Source of the DNA: a bacterium
GTDB lineage: Bacteria; SM23-31
DNA length: 64,000 nucleotides
Assembly: GCA_965249485.1 (NCBI GenBank)
Contig: OZ252239.1
Location: 704,001 to 768,000, forward strand
Reading direction: 5' to 3'
Shown here one piece after another: positions 23,097 to 33,530 of this stretch (positions are counted from its first letter, which is position 1; every line of letters begins with the position of its first letter). The notes beneath the pieces were generated by a model. It saw nothing but the letters and a program-made list of their open reading frames with translations, searched no databases and had not been told where the DNA came from. The translations under genes were made by a program, and so were the position numbers.

Positions 23097-24569
23097 TTAT
23101 TTGTGTGCCTGTTCCTGTATCAGTTTCCAAGCAGCCCTGACAATGCTCTCATTCGTCCGGATGTTTCCAATCGCATACCGGAGCGTGTATTTCCCTTTGA
23201 GAATAGTTTGAGCAATAAATATTCTGCCGGTATCATTAACGTCATCCATAAGCTGCTGATTGAGTGCTGCCAATTCCTTTTCGGATAGTGATTTGCCGGC
23301 AGGATTCATACGGAAACAGACAACACTGAAAGGGACGGGAGCTGTTACCTCAAAATCGGAGGACTCTTCCACCAGCGACTGAAATACCCGCGTCAGTCTG
23401 ATGTGATCACGGAGCCGGTTAATAATACCATCTTTCCCAAAATAACGAAGCATAAACCAGAGCTTCAATGCACGGAACCGCCGGCCAAGCTGCACTCCGT
23501 AATTCATGTAATCAACCGCTTCACCCGACTCTGCTGTTACTAAATAGTCAGGAATAATACTGAATGTCCTCCTGAGAAGCTCCTCGTCACGTACATACAA
23601 TAAGCTTGCATCGAATGGGGTGAAAAACCATTTATGTGTATTTGTCACATACGAATCGACATACTCAAACCCATCCATGAGTGACCGATATTCCGGCATA
23701 ATTGAAGCAACGCCTGCATACGCACCGTCTACATGAAGCCATATGTTATGTTTTCTGCAGATTTGACCGATAGCAGGTACCGGATCGATACTCGTAGTTG
23801 ATGTTGTCCCAATTGTCGCCACCACAGCAAACGGAATCAAGCCAGCCTCCTTATCGACAGCGATAGCTTCATCAAGCTTATCGGGGCACATTCTGAACGA
23901 CGTGTCGGATTCAATCTTGATTACATTTTCCAACCCAATTCCAAGAACAATTGCTGCCTTCTCAATTGATGAGTGTGTTTGATCAGAACAATACATTCGG
24001 AGCCCCGCGTGGGGAGGAAATCCTTTAATCCGGATGTTATTTCCACCGAATTTCTCGCGTGCAGCTGCAAGACTCAGCATGGTCGAAACAGAAGCAGTAT
24101 CAACGATGACTCCAAAGAATTCATCGGGTATATGAAAAAGTTTTTTCAACCAGATCAATACCTGTTCTTCCAGTTCGGTTGCAGAAGGACAGGTTTTCCA
24201 AAGCATGCCGTTAATATTAAGGCATCCTGACAGTAACTCACCAAAGAGACCGGGCATTGAACCGGTAATTGCGAAGTAGGCGTTAAAATTCGGATGATTC
24301 CAGTGGGTCACACCCGGCATTACAATATTTTTAAAGTCATCAAAGATTGCGTCGAATGGTTCTCCACAATTTGGAGCACTATCGGGCAGTTGTTTTTTAA
24401 TATCTCCGGGTGTTATGTTCGGCACAACAGGATAGGATTCAATGGAGTCAAAATAGTTACACATCCAATCGACCATTTTGTAGCCGTGTGAACGAAATTC
24501 TTCGATAGGCATGTCACCCAAATTGTTTTCATCAATTGCATCAAATACATCGGACATTATGCTCTCCAT
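23097..24569 (-). CDS. Group II PLP-dependent decarboxylase, aromatic L-amino acid decarboxylase-like
   Basis: PGVTHWNHP, HSSIEKA, HVDGAY, NTHKW (PLP lysine) and GRRFRALKLW. Confidence 0.92.
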   Translation of the reverse strand: MESIMSDVFDAIDENNLGDMPIEEFRSHGYKMVDWMCNYFDSIESYPVVPNITPGDIKKQLPDSAPNCGEPFDAIFDDFKNIVMPGVTHWNHPNFNAYFAITGSMPGLFGELLSGCLNINGMLWKTCPSATELEEQVLIWLKKLFHIPDEFFGVIVDTASVSTMLSLAAAREKFGGNNIRIKGFPPHAGLRMYCSDQTHSSIEKAAIVLGIGLENVIKIESDTSFRMCPDKLDEAIAVDKEAGLIPFAVVATIGTTSTTSIDPVPAIGQICRKHNIWLHVDGAYAGVASIMPEYRSLMDGFEYVDSYVTNTHKWFFTPFDASLLYVRDEELLRRTFSIIPDYLVTAESGEAVDYMNYGVQLGRRFRALKLWFMLRYFGKDGIINRLRDHIRLTRVFQSLVEESSDFEVTAPVPFSVVCFRMNPAGKSLSEKELAALNQQLMDDVNDTGRIFIAQTILKGKYTLRYAIGNIRTNESIVRAAWKLIQEQAHK

Positions 24570-25230
24570 GTGAGTAAAAAATATGGCAAATGATTTTTAG
24601 TGTAAATATTGCACATGAGGATTTCTATATAAGATAATGTCTTGAAAATAGCGAAAATAATTGCAATATCCAATTTCTAAAACTTACAAAAAGTAATAAT
24701 GTTTTCTATTCTTATTACGTCATGCAATGTATGCAGAAGTGAGTTGATTTTTATGGATGCGTCACTGCTTCGAGCTTCCATTCGTACATAAAATCCACTC
24801 AGATTTACTACGCATAGAACGGTTGAACTTTTACTACCAAAGCTTCGTGTAATAATTGTAGAACAGTATTTGCACTATTGATATCATAAATTATTTTGGC
24901 CTTGATGGACATCTCCGGCAAAAATGAATTGGGCAAAAAATGCAGCACACAACCGGAAAGATAGCAGTCAAGGCCTTTTTTTATTGTCTTCCCCGGTTGA
25001 TGAGTAATCCTGGTAGAAAATGTTTTTCCTGATGCAACAGCCTGATTCTTACGGATCTGACTATTGCAACACATGTGGTGGCTTAGAGGATGTCATAAAA
25101 TGGAAAATGGTCAGAGGTTTGAAGGCGTGCATGATGTTTTTCTTGGAACGTTATTGACGCTAGTTATTGATTGACTCGCTTAGTGGTTCTCTCTTGAATA
25201 AGGGAAAAAATTCCCTATATTAGAGGGCGT

Positions 25231-25629
25231 ATGCAAATCATCTTCGACAAATACGATATAGAGAAGCTCTGTACCGAAAAAGAATTTTCTGTCAAAAAAT
25301 CTCTTGGCGCCATATGTCTCCACAGATTTTCTTATGACCGCGGAAGCATTCGTTTTCTGCTCGATGTGCCGTTAAAAAAAGATTTGGCGTGCCAACTTGA
25401 AAACGTCCGGATCGACGGCAGTGAACTCCATTGTACATTTACCATTGAGAGTTCCTTTGTGCAAACGCTGTTGAATTTCGAGCACAAATTCGTTTCTTTC
25501 AGCGATGCCGGATTGGAAGTAGACTATCCTAATATCCGTTTTGATCTCGATTGGCTTGACACACCGATCATACCCAAGACTATTAAATTCTTTCCCGATG
25601 AGATAAAAATTACTGGTGAATTAAAATGA
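25231..25629 (+). CDS. Hypothetical protein
   Basis: 132-aa ORF with GAGGG SD and protein-like composition; no recognised motif. Confidence 0.65.
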   Translation: MQIIFDKYDIEKLCTEKEFSVKKSLGAICLHRFSYDRGSIRFLLDVPLKKDLACQLENVRIDGSELHCTFTIESSFVQTLLNFEHKFVSFSDAGLEVDYPNIRFDLDWLDTPIIPKTIKFFPDEIKITGELK

Positions 25630-26147
25630 TGTCAGGTAAGCTTGAATTGTAGAATTGTCCTTTACTCAATTCAGCGAAAATTTTCGCTCAATACCAATGA
25701 TTACATCATAGCAATCTGCATTAAAATCCCAGAATGTTTGAAATATGTTAAACCGTCTTGACTCAATATTTCGCAGCCTGCTATTCACAATAATACCATA
25801 CATATCTGTCAGAGCAATCCTGAGTCCGGTAATGAATATCCAACCCCGTAGAAAGCCGTCCTGCATAAATGAATTGAAGTCTGAACCAGGCAGGATGATT
25901 ACGAATATGTTCTCTCACGATGCGGGTTAATATCACGGTAAAACCGACGCCGATAATATTTCCAATACTGTGAACAAATTACCATACTTGGTCTGTTAAA
26001 AGTGTCCTTGCTTTATTATTTTATATGGATAATAGAAAAGCTGGTAAATAACATAATAGCATAATGCTTGACTTTTATTGGCGAAAATTGTATTTATTGA
26101 CACATCGTAATGTAAGTAAAGTCCTGCTTCTATTATCAACATATTCA

Positions 26148-27215
26148 ATGAAAAATAACATTCCGTTAATTGCAGTCGATGCTATGGGTGGGGATTTTGC
26201 TCCCGATGAAATCGTCAAAGGGATTGCTGCTGCAACACACGATCATAAAGCGCGGTTCATACTTGTCGGAGACAGTACACAGATAAAAAACATTCTCAAC
26301 AATGAATCACACAAAAGCAGCGCAATAGAAATTGACCATACCGGAGAATACATCGGCATGGATGAATCTCCCAAAAGCGCCCTAGAAAAAAAACCGGATG
26401 CATCGATCGCACGTGCAGCCGCACTTGCAGCCGGTGACGAAGTAGATGCGATGCTTAGTGCCGGAAACACCGGGGCCCTGATCATGTCGGCAGCCATACA
26501 TATACCAATGATCGAAGGAGTAGAACGGAGTGCGCTCGCTGCTGTCATTCCAACCAGAGATTTCAAAACCGGTACTGACGGTCTTACACTTCTCCTCGAT
26601 GTCGGCGCAACCATACAGTGTGAAGTAAAGCACCTCATCCATTTCGCTTTTATGGGACATGTTTATGCCCGCGATATTCTTGGTATCACTAGTCCGCGAG
26701 TCGGACTGCTCAATGTTGGTGCTGAAAAAATGAAAGGAAACTTCACTCTCAAACGGACACACGAGCTCCTCAGCACGATTTCACACATCAACTTTATTGG
26801 GAATAGAGAAGGTAATGATATTCTCAACAATAGTGCCGATGTCATTATTTGCGAAGGAATGACGGGAAACATCCTTATAAAATTTATGGAAGGGGCTGCG
26901 GAAAGTTTAAAGGAACTCGGAAAATATGGTGCTCGCATGAATCTTGCCTATAAACTGGCGCTCGGTGTGCTCAGTCCCGGTTTGAAAAAGGTCAAAAAGC
27001 GGTTCGATTATGCAGAATATGGTGGTGTGCCACTTCTGGGCTTTAGACGTCTTTGTATAAAGGCACACGGAAAATCAAAATCAAAAGCGGTGAATAATGC
27101 AGTCGGGGTGGCAACCAGGGCGGCCAAAGACAATCTATGTGAAAAAATTCAGAAATCGGTCATCGAGTTCAATGCCTTGATGCCATTTGAGGAGAGTTTG
27201 GGGCCTGATTTGTAA
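26148..27215 (+). CDS. plsX: Phosphate acyltransferase PlsX
   Basis: IAVDAMGGDFAP, SAGNTGA, LLDVGA, YGGVPLLG and KAHGKS; start moved to ATG 26148. Confidence 0.93.
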   Translation: MKNNIPLIAVDAMGGDFAPDEIVKGIAAATHDHKARFILVGDSTQIKNILNNESHKSSAIEIDHTGEYIGMDESPKSALEKKPDASIARAAALAAGDEVDAMLSAGNTGALIMSAAIHIPMIEGVERSALAAVIPTRDFKTGTDGLTLLLDVGATIQCEVKHLIHFAFMGHVYARDILGITSPRVGLLNVGAEKMKGNFTLKRTHELLSTISHINFIGNREGNDILNNSADVIICEGMTGNILIKFMEGAAESLKELGKYGARMNLAYKLALGVLSPGLKKVKKRFDYAEYGGVPLLGFRRLCIKAHGKSKSKAVNNAVGVATRAAKDNLCEKIQKSVIEFNALMPFEESLGPDL

Positions 27216-27229
27216 TCAAACCTGCATAA

Positions 27230-27257
27230 AAAAAGCAGACTCATGAGCCTGCTTTTT
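27230..27257. terminator. Bidirectional terminator between plsX and rpmA
   Basis: AAAAAGCAG-ACTCATGAGC-CTGCTTTTT. Confidence 0.75.
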
Positions 27258-27283
27258 ATGACACTAACTATATTTTGATTGTC

Positions 27284-27538
27284 TTATTCAGGGATAACAC
27301 TGACAAATTTTCGATCATTTCTTCCGGTTGAGAAGGTGACTTTTCCATCAGCAATGGCGAAGAGAGTATAATCTCTACCTCTACGGACATTATCACCGGG
27401 ATGAATACTTGTTCCTCGCTGCCGGACTAAAATATTTCCGGAACGCGCGAGCTGTCCCCCAAAAAGTTTTACTCCAAGACGTTGACCTTGGCTGTCTCGA
27501 CCGTTTCTTGAACTTCCAACACCTTTTTTATGAGCCAT
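27284..27538 (-). CDS. rpmA: 50S ribosomal protein L27
   Basis: [16 protein letters not shown] and ILVRQRGT. Confidence 0.99.
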   Translation of the reverse strand: MAHKKGVGSSRNGRDSQGQRLGVKLFGGQLARSGNILVRQRGTSIHPGDNVRRGRDYTLFAIADGKVTFSTGRNDRKFVSVIPE

Positions 27539-27560
27539 TTCCTACTCCTTCGGGATCGGT

Positions 27561-27890
27561 CTACTTTTGTAACACTTCGTCGATTTTAATTACTGTAAAA
27601 TCCTGACGGTGACCGCGGGTCTTTTTATAATCTTTTCTTCGTTTATTTTTGTACACAATAACTTTTTTATACTTGCCGTGCTGCAGTACAGTTGCCTTTA
27701 CCTTCGCGCTTTTCACTTCCGGCTGGCCAACAACAGTTTTGTTTTCATCATGAACAAGTAAAACCCGCTCAAAGGTTACCGATACCCCGATATCTTCACT
27801 GAGCTTCGGCACTTCGAGCTCATCATTCTCTCGTACCTGAAACTGTTTTCCTGCTATTTCAACTATTGCAGCACTCATATTACTCTTCAA
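27561..27890 (-). CDS. rplU: 50S ribosomal protein L21
   Basis: AIVEIAGKQF and RGHRQDFT; true start probably ATG 27878. Confidence 0.98.
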   Translation of the reverse strand: MKSNMSAAIVEIAGKQFQVRENDELEVPKLSEDIGVSVTFERVLLVHDENKTVVGQPEVKSAKVKATVLQHGKYKKVIVYKNKRRKDYKKTRGHRQDFTVIKIDEVLQK

Positions 27891-27937
27891 TAAAATTAAA
27901 AGTCACACGCAAAATATACTAAATAATTTCACCCGAA

Positions 27938-29470
27938 TCAAGAAATAAATTCTTCTGTTATGTCTTCTCGCTTCTTTTTTGTCAAAAACCTGAATTCATC
28001 CACCCGCATCCCACTATCCGACTCAAGATCGATCTTGATCCAATACTTCCACATAAGTTTGTAGAGGTAATTGCTCCATCCATTGATGAGGTATTTTTCA
28101 ATATCTTTCGAGACTTGTAAAATAACCCTCCGGTCACATTTTTTCATCTTGTAGCGCTTGATCCAGCTTTCAATGCCCGATACAATACTCTCTTTGGCGA
28201 GAACTCGACCCGCTCCGCCGCAGCTTTGACACACATCGCTAAACGTATGGAGAAGGCTCGGACGAATACGCTGCCGTGTCATTTCTATTAGACCGTATTC
28301 AGACATGGGAAGAATTGACGTCTTGGAGCGGTCACGTTTTAATTCATTGCGGAGGTCGTAATAGACACGGCGCCGGTTTTTTTCGTCTGACATGTCAATA
28401 AAATCGATCACGATGAGTCCGCCGATATCACGCAGGCGGAGTTGTCGCGCCAACTCGTGGGCTGCCTGCAAATTCACCTTCGTTGCATTAGCCTCATAAT
28501 TCGTTCCCCCGATAAATTTGCCACTGTTCACATCGACCGTCACCATTGCCTCTGTATGGTTAATTACAATGTGACCTCCGCCCGAAAGCCACACCTTCGG
28601 CTCCATAATCTTTCTGATTTCCTGCCCGATTTTGAATTCTTCGAGCATGGGTTTTTGCATGGAAAAATATTCAACCTTGTCAATGAGGTGGGGTGCGGAG
28701 TCCTTGATGTAATGCGAAATACTTCTTAGCAGCTTTTTGTCGTCGATGACGACTCTTTCGATATCGGTAGTAAAAAAGTCCCTTATTATCGAAGAAGCCA
28801 TATCCATATCTTTATAGAGCAGAGCAGGAGCAGGTTTTTGATTGGCTGTGTTCTGAATCTTTTTCCAATTATTCTTGAGCGTCTCAATATCTTTTCTAAG
28901 CACATCTTCGCCCTTATTTTCTGCTACTGTTCTGACAATAAGACCGAAATTTTTGGGCAAAATCTCCCGCGCAAGCTTTTTGAGTCGTTTTTTTTCTCTG
29001 AAACTCTCAATTTTTTTGGAAACACCGATATAATCGGCATTCGGAACAAGGACTAGAAATCTGCCAGGCAGCGAGATCTCTGTTGTGACGCGGGCACCTT
29101 TTTTCTGGAGCGGCTCTTTGGTGATCTGAACAAAAATTTCTTGATTTTCTTTGAGCTGCACATTTATTTCGCTCAGTTTAGGACGACCTCCCCCCCTGTG
29201 TGTGCGCTCAAAATCCGATCCGTATGAAGTGTATGCCTCACCAATATCGGAGAAATGGAGGAAAGCATTTTGCACCATTCCAATATTGATAAATGCAGCC
29301 ATCATACCGGGTAAAACATTTGATACTTTCCCCTTGTAAATATCACCGATCATCCGCTGGCTTTCAGGCCGTTCAATATAGAGCTCAACCAGCGTACCGT
29401 TTTCAAGAATAGCAATCCGGGTTTCAGTCGTTGTTGTATTGAGCAGTATCTCCTTACGGTATCGTTTCAA
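27938..29470 (-). CDS. rng: Rne/Rng family ribonuclease (RNase G-sized)
   Basis: GDIYKGKV S1 domain, DVNSG, RLRDIGGLIVIDFIDM and CxxC Zn-link; no long C-terminal scaffold. Confidence 0.92.
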   Translation of the reverse strand: MKRYRKEILLNTTTTETRIAILENGTLVELYIERPESQRMIGDIYKGKVSNVLPGMMAAFINIGMVQNAFLHFSDIGEAYTSYGSDFERTHRGGGRPKLSEINVQLKENQEIFVQITKEPLQKKGARVTTEISLPGRFLVLVPNADYIGVSKKIESFREKKRLKKLAREILPKNFGLIVRTVAENKGEDVLRKDIETLKNNWKKIQNTANQKPAPALLYKDMDMASSIIRDFFTTDIERVVIDDKKLLRSISHYIKDSAPHLIDKVEYFSMQKPMLEEFKIGQEIRKIMEPKVWLSGGGHIVINHTEAMVTVDVNSGKFIGGTNYEANATKVNLQAAHELARQLRLRDIGGLIVIDFIDMSDEKNRRRVYYDLRNELKRDRSKTSILPMSEYGLIEMTRQRIRPSLLHTFSDVCQSCGGAGRVLAKESIVSGIESWIKRYKMKKCDRRVILQVSKDIEKYLINGWSNYLYKLMWKYWIKIDLESDSGMRVDEFRFLTKKKREDITEEFIS

Positions 29471-29938
29471 TATGTACCACTTCCGTTAGTATTAAATATT
29501 TCAAAATTGCATAATACGGGGCACAATAATTTAGTGTCACAATAAAGACAACTTAACCCTAACTTACAGTGTAACAAAAAATTTTATATATTGCAAAACA
29601 AAATTACCCTCCAATTTAGTGCATACTATGCGGCAAATACATCCTGGTAAAGTAAGTTCTTGTTTGAACAGGTGTAGAAATTTGTGCTCATGATAAGACG
29701 GTTTTTCATGAGTAACTAAAACGTCTTAATTATTAATAATTCCAGAATGTTACGCAATAAATCAAGGAATATAAGTGGTTTTTAACGGTATTACTCAATA
29801 TTGTATCTGCAAATCACTTGAATAATTGGTAAAATTTTGGTATATTGTTTACACTGTAAATGTCATAAGCTAATACTTGGTAAGAAGATACAAGGAATAA
29901 ATGATTCACAAACATTTTGCAAATTATTGAAATAGAAC

Positions 29939-29967
29939 TTGACAAAGCTGATTATATTTTATAAACT
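29939..29967 (+). promoter_or_regulatory. sigma70-type promoter about 330 bp upstream of the TPR gene
   Basis: TTGACA, 17 nt, TAAACT. Confidence 0.55.
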
Positions 29968-30294
29968 ATTCTCCCGTATTACTGTTCTTTTTGTGATAAA
30001 ATCAGGGTCCTGATACTAAATCATAGCAGAATCCTACCGATTATTAAAGAAACCGATAGTTTGTCAAACGAGATTTTTGCTAATACTGCCGGAAGTATGA
30101 TAACGATTAAATTATAGATACTATTGCAAAAACAAATATTAAATTACTGAAAAAATTGAAGATGTAACTGTATATTTTAGGAACAAATGCTTTTTGCAAT
30201 ATGTAATAACTATAGAGAGTTACTTTGTAATATGACTTTAGAGAGATTACCAATAATGTTATCAGTTTGATTAACAGAGAGAGGTAATAAGCGT

Positions 30295-31389
30295 ATGAAG
30301 TACATAATTTTTTCGGTTGTGACTGTTTTATTTGTCATTTGCGCTGTTCCGCTTTTTGCTCAAGGTATAGAGCAGGCGCAGGCCGAATATGAAGAGCTTT
30401 TAAAACAAATCGGTGATGTAACGAAGAAAATGTCCCAGCTTCAGGCCGGAGCACAGGAAGAATATGATCAACTCAAATCAGAGTTTGATAAGCTCACAGT
30501 TGATATCGCTGAGAAACGAAAGATCATGGAAAGTGACCAGGAAACGAGCTCGAAAATCAGTGAAGTGAAAATGATGTACAATGACGGCCTTAACTCTTTC
30601 AAGATCCAACGCTACAACGACGCTATTACGAAATTTGAGAGTGCAATCAAAATGGGCAACGCTCTCGGTTCACCCCTGGTAAATGAAGCTTTGAAGTTTT
30701 CAAATTACGGATTAGCACGTGTATACTACAGTCAGGGCAATTTCACAGCCATGATTGAGCCGCTTGAAAGTGTCTTGAAAATCGATCCGAACTATTACGG
30801 TGCATTGAATATGATGGGGAGATCGTATGAGCGGCAAGGAAAATCTAATGAAGCAATTGCTGCTTATAAAAAGAGCATTGAGATAAATAACTCAAATGAA
30901 AATTTTCTGGCTTACTTTAACCTCGGTGTTGCTTACTTTTCAAAAAAAGATTATGCCAGCGCAAAAGAAGAGTTTAACAATGCCCTTTCGCGCGATCCGG
31001 ATCACGCAAATGCCTATTTGTATCTTGGTAGAACATATTTTGAATCAAAGGATTATACAAATGCTCTTAATGCGCTAACAAAAAGTATTGAACTCAAAGA
31101 AAATGCTTATGAGCCCCATTTCTTTCGGGCACAGGTCTATAACAGAACAGGGCGGTACAGGAACGCAATTGAAGCTGCCGAGAGTGCAATGAAATATCAT
31201 AGAAAAAAAACGAACTTCGGTGGTGCCTTGATCGAACGGGGTAAAGCATATGCAAGTCTTGGAAACAACGCTCGTGCTCTCGAAGACTTCAATATGGCAT
31301 CAAATGACCGCCAGTATAAAAGAAATGCGGAATATGAGATCGAAATTCTGACCAAATTTGGTGGCAAAGGAGACTCTGAAAATCAATAA
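30295..31389 (+). CDS. Exported coiled-coil/TPR protein
   Basis: Signal peptide ending LFA-Q, N-terminal coiled coil, about 7 TPRs; GAGG SD. Confidence 0.88.
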   Translation: MKYIIFSVVTVLFVICAVPLFAQGIEQAQAEYEELLKQIGDVTKKMSQLQAGAQEEYDQLKSEFDKLTVDIAEKRKIMESDQETSSKISEVKMMYNDGLNSFKIQRYNDAITKFESAIKMGNALGSPLVNEALKFSNYGLARVYYSQGNFTAMIEPLESVLKIDPNYYGALNMMGRSYERQGKSNEAIAAYKKSIEINNSNENFLAYFNLGVAYFSKKDYASAKEEFNNALSRDPDHANAYLYLGRTYFESKDYTNALNALTKSIELKENAYEPHFFRAQVYNRTGRYRNAIEAAESAMKYHRKKTNFGGALIERGKAYASLGNNARALEDFNMASNDRQYKRNAEYEIEILTKFGGKGDSENQ

Positions 31390-31421
31390 GAGTGTCCGCA
31401 TTCATATAATTATTTGTACTT

Positions 31422-31455
31422 AAGCCGTCCATATTCAATAATGGGCGGCTTTTTT
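31422..31455 (+). terminator. Intrinsic terminator
   Basis: AAGCCGTCCAT...ATGGGCGGCTT followed by TTTT. Confidence 0.8.
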
Positions 31456-31501
31456 ATTAGTATATGGCAAATAGATGCATGAACGGATTTGGGCGATAAC
31501 A

Positions 31502-33139
31502 TTAAAACGAAATCGGATAGAGAACCTGAAAATAACTGCCCTGCGAGATCGATATCGAAGAAAACCGGTCTCTGTCCAGGTTGTATGCGGCGTCAATACG
31601 GATTATTCCTTGCGTTGACTTAACATCTCCAATCCGAAGGCCTGCTCCAACACTTGAGTGCCACCCTACTGAATTGAATTCGATGCCGTTACCCCATACT
31701 TTCCCGGTATCGAAAAATACTGTTCCCCCAAACCGTATAAACCAGAATTTTAAATTGGTAAAAATTCTGTCTTCGATATTCAGAAGCAACAGTCTATTTC
31801 CAACAAAATCACGGACTGAATATCCCCTCAGTCCGGTATCTTCACCCAGCAATAACTGTTCAAAAGGACGTCGGGAATCAATCTGGCTGAATTGGAATTT
31901 AGCGGCAAATGTCTGGTGAGGGAAACGATTTGAGACAATAGAAAATCGTACTGAAGTCGACCGCTCGACAGTGTGGCTGCTCTGGCGGAGCAGGCTATGC
32001 GCAACAAGGTTATGTAAAAACTCATTCCGTGATAAAAAACGTGAATAGAGTATTTGTCCTGAATAGCTTTCACGTGCTGCATCCGCTCCGAGTGCAGTAA
32101 CATCGAGGCCCACACGGGCATTCATAAGAAATCCGGTGTGTACATTTTCCTTAATTTCTGACCGGTCGATGTTGTTCCATATCGACAATGTACGGTTGAT
32201 TGCACCGATTGAAACCGATATCCGTCTGGATTTCCAGTCCTGGATCCCACCTGTCACATCCGGACCTGAAAGCTGTTCTGATTGATGGAGGTATGAAAAA
32301 CCCAGTCGCATCCTGATACGGTTTCCGAAATAGCTTCCGACTCCGAAACGAGTCTGCTTCAAGTCCTGGTTAGTCTTTGTGTATAAGTTTCTCCGTAAAT
32401 ACCTGAACTGATTTCCATCCGACCGGGTAAAATCCGTGTTAAAATCCCATTTGGTTTCCTGTGAATAAAACGGCCTATTCAGCTGATAAAACTGGAAATC
32501 TGCATCTTCAAAATGCAGAACTTTCATTGTGTTGACAAATCTGCTGCCGAAAACTCTCGGATTGACAAAAACGCCAAGGAAAAAATCTCTATTTTCCTTT
32601 CGATTCTCGGTCTCAAAGCTTATATTATAGCCCCGTCCGGCAAAATTTTTATCCCTGATACCGATGCCTGTTTGGAGTTCACTTCCGACTATCTCGGCAG
32701 AAACATTGAGTTGTGTCGTGAAATAGTCCTTGACTGAAACAGTAACATTAGCACCGCTATTCGAAATAGTATCGACAACAAAGTCAACTCTCTGAAATAT
32801 ACCGATAGCACGCAGGTTGTTTTCACTTTCAGCTAACCGCTGTGTCGTAATAAGTGAGTCACTAAGAAATAACAATTCTCTATTGATAATGTTTTGGCGG
32901 GTGGTAATGTGGAGTGAATTCACGAATTGGGCAATACGGTATTTATAGAAACTCTCTGTTGAATCGAAAATGTCGCTGACCCTGACATCCAAATTCTGAA
33001 GCAAAAGACCGTTTAAGGAGTCAGTGCTGTTGGAGTCCTGCTGTGCGTGACCGGCCGCTGGCATGAGAAAGCATAGAAACGTACCAATACAAATGGCGGC
33101 TATTGATATCATGCGCATATACAAACTCAGAAGATACAT
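31502..33139 (-). CDS. Omp85 (BamA/TamA) family outer membrane protein with one POTRA-like domain
   Basis: ESENNLRAIGIF, DKNFAGRG, GLRGY, FFDTG and SVGAGLR motifs. Confidence 0.85.
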   Translation of the reverse strand: MYLLSLYMRMISIAAICIGTFLCFLMPAAGHAQQDSNSTDSLNGLLLQNLDVRVSDIFDSTESFYKYRIAQFVNSLHITTRQNIINRELLFLSDSLITTQRLAESENNLRAIGIFQRVDFVVDTISNSGANVTVSVKDYFTTQLNVSAEIVGSELQTGIGIRDKNFAGRGYNISFETENRKENRDFFLGVFVNPRVFGSRFVNTMKVLHFEDADFQFYQLNRPFYSQETKWDFNTDFTRSDGNQFRYLRRNLYTKTNQDLKQTRFGVGSYFGNRIRMRLGFSYLHQSEQLSGPDVTGGIQDWKSRRISVSIGAINRTLSIWNNIDRSEIKENVHTGFLMNARVGLDVTALGADAARESYSGQILYSRFLSRNEFLHNLVAHSLLRQSSHTVERSTSVRFSIVSNRFPHQTFAAKFQFSQIDSRRPFEQLLLGEDTGLRGYSVRDFVGNRLLLLNIEDRIFTNLKFWFIRFGGTVFFDTGKVWGNGIEFNSVGWHSSVGAGLRIGDVKSTQGIIRIDAAYNLDRDRFSSISISQGSYFQVLYPISF

Positions 33140-33530
33140 AACTTAATAGATGTAGTGGTATATTTGCCTGATACCAAATACAGCCTTTCTTTTGAAATGC
33201 TGTGTGCTCACATGTTGTCTTTGAATAATCATTAATTTTAAAATTAGATGAGAATTCGGCAAAAATCAAGACAAAACTATACAGAAAGCAGATAAGCTGC
33301 GGCCCTCACAACTACAAATATGGCAGAATCTGTTCTTTTTTCACGTATGGTATCGATATTCTAATATTGCAGTTGTGCACTACGCACAATAAAATACTTA
33401 TCAGAACAGTAGTTTTTTACTGTATGTACCTAATGTGATGATTATTTGAGCCTTTTTTTGGTTGCTAACGTTCATAATTTTACGTATTTTTAAAAGTCTG
33501 TTTTGAATTAATTTTATAAGGAAAAATTAG

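Noticed and set aside
24808..25074. 88-aa minus-strand ORF in the intergenic region
   Set aside because: No family signature, and it overlaps hairpin elements better explained as non-coding
25666..26000. 66-aa minus-strand ORF ending IIGIERKFSLN, a possible decayed membrane protein gene
   Set aside because: No SD and no recognisable motif; too weak to call a gene or pseudogene
27284..27890. No prp protease gene between rplU and rpmA
   Set aside because: L27 is the short MAHKK form, which does not need Prp; this is ordinary
33140..33530. Expected tRNA upstream of tig
   Set aside because: No cloverleaf or T-loop motif visible on either strand
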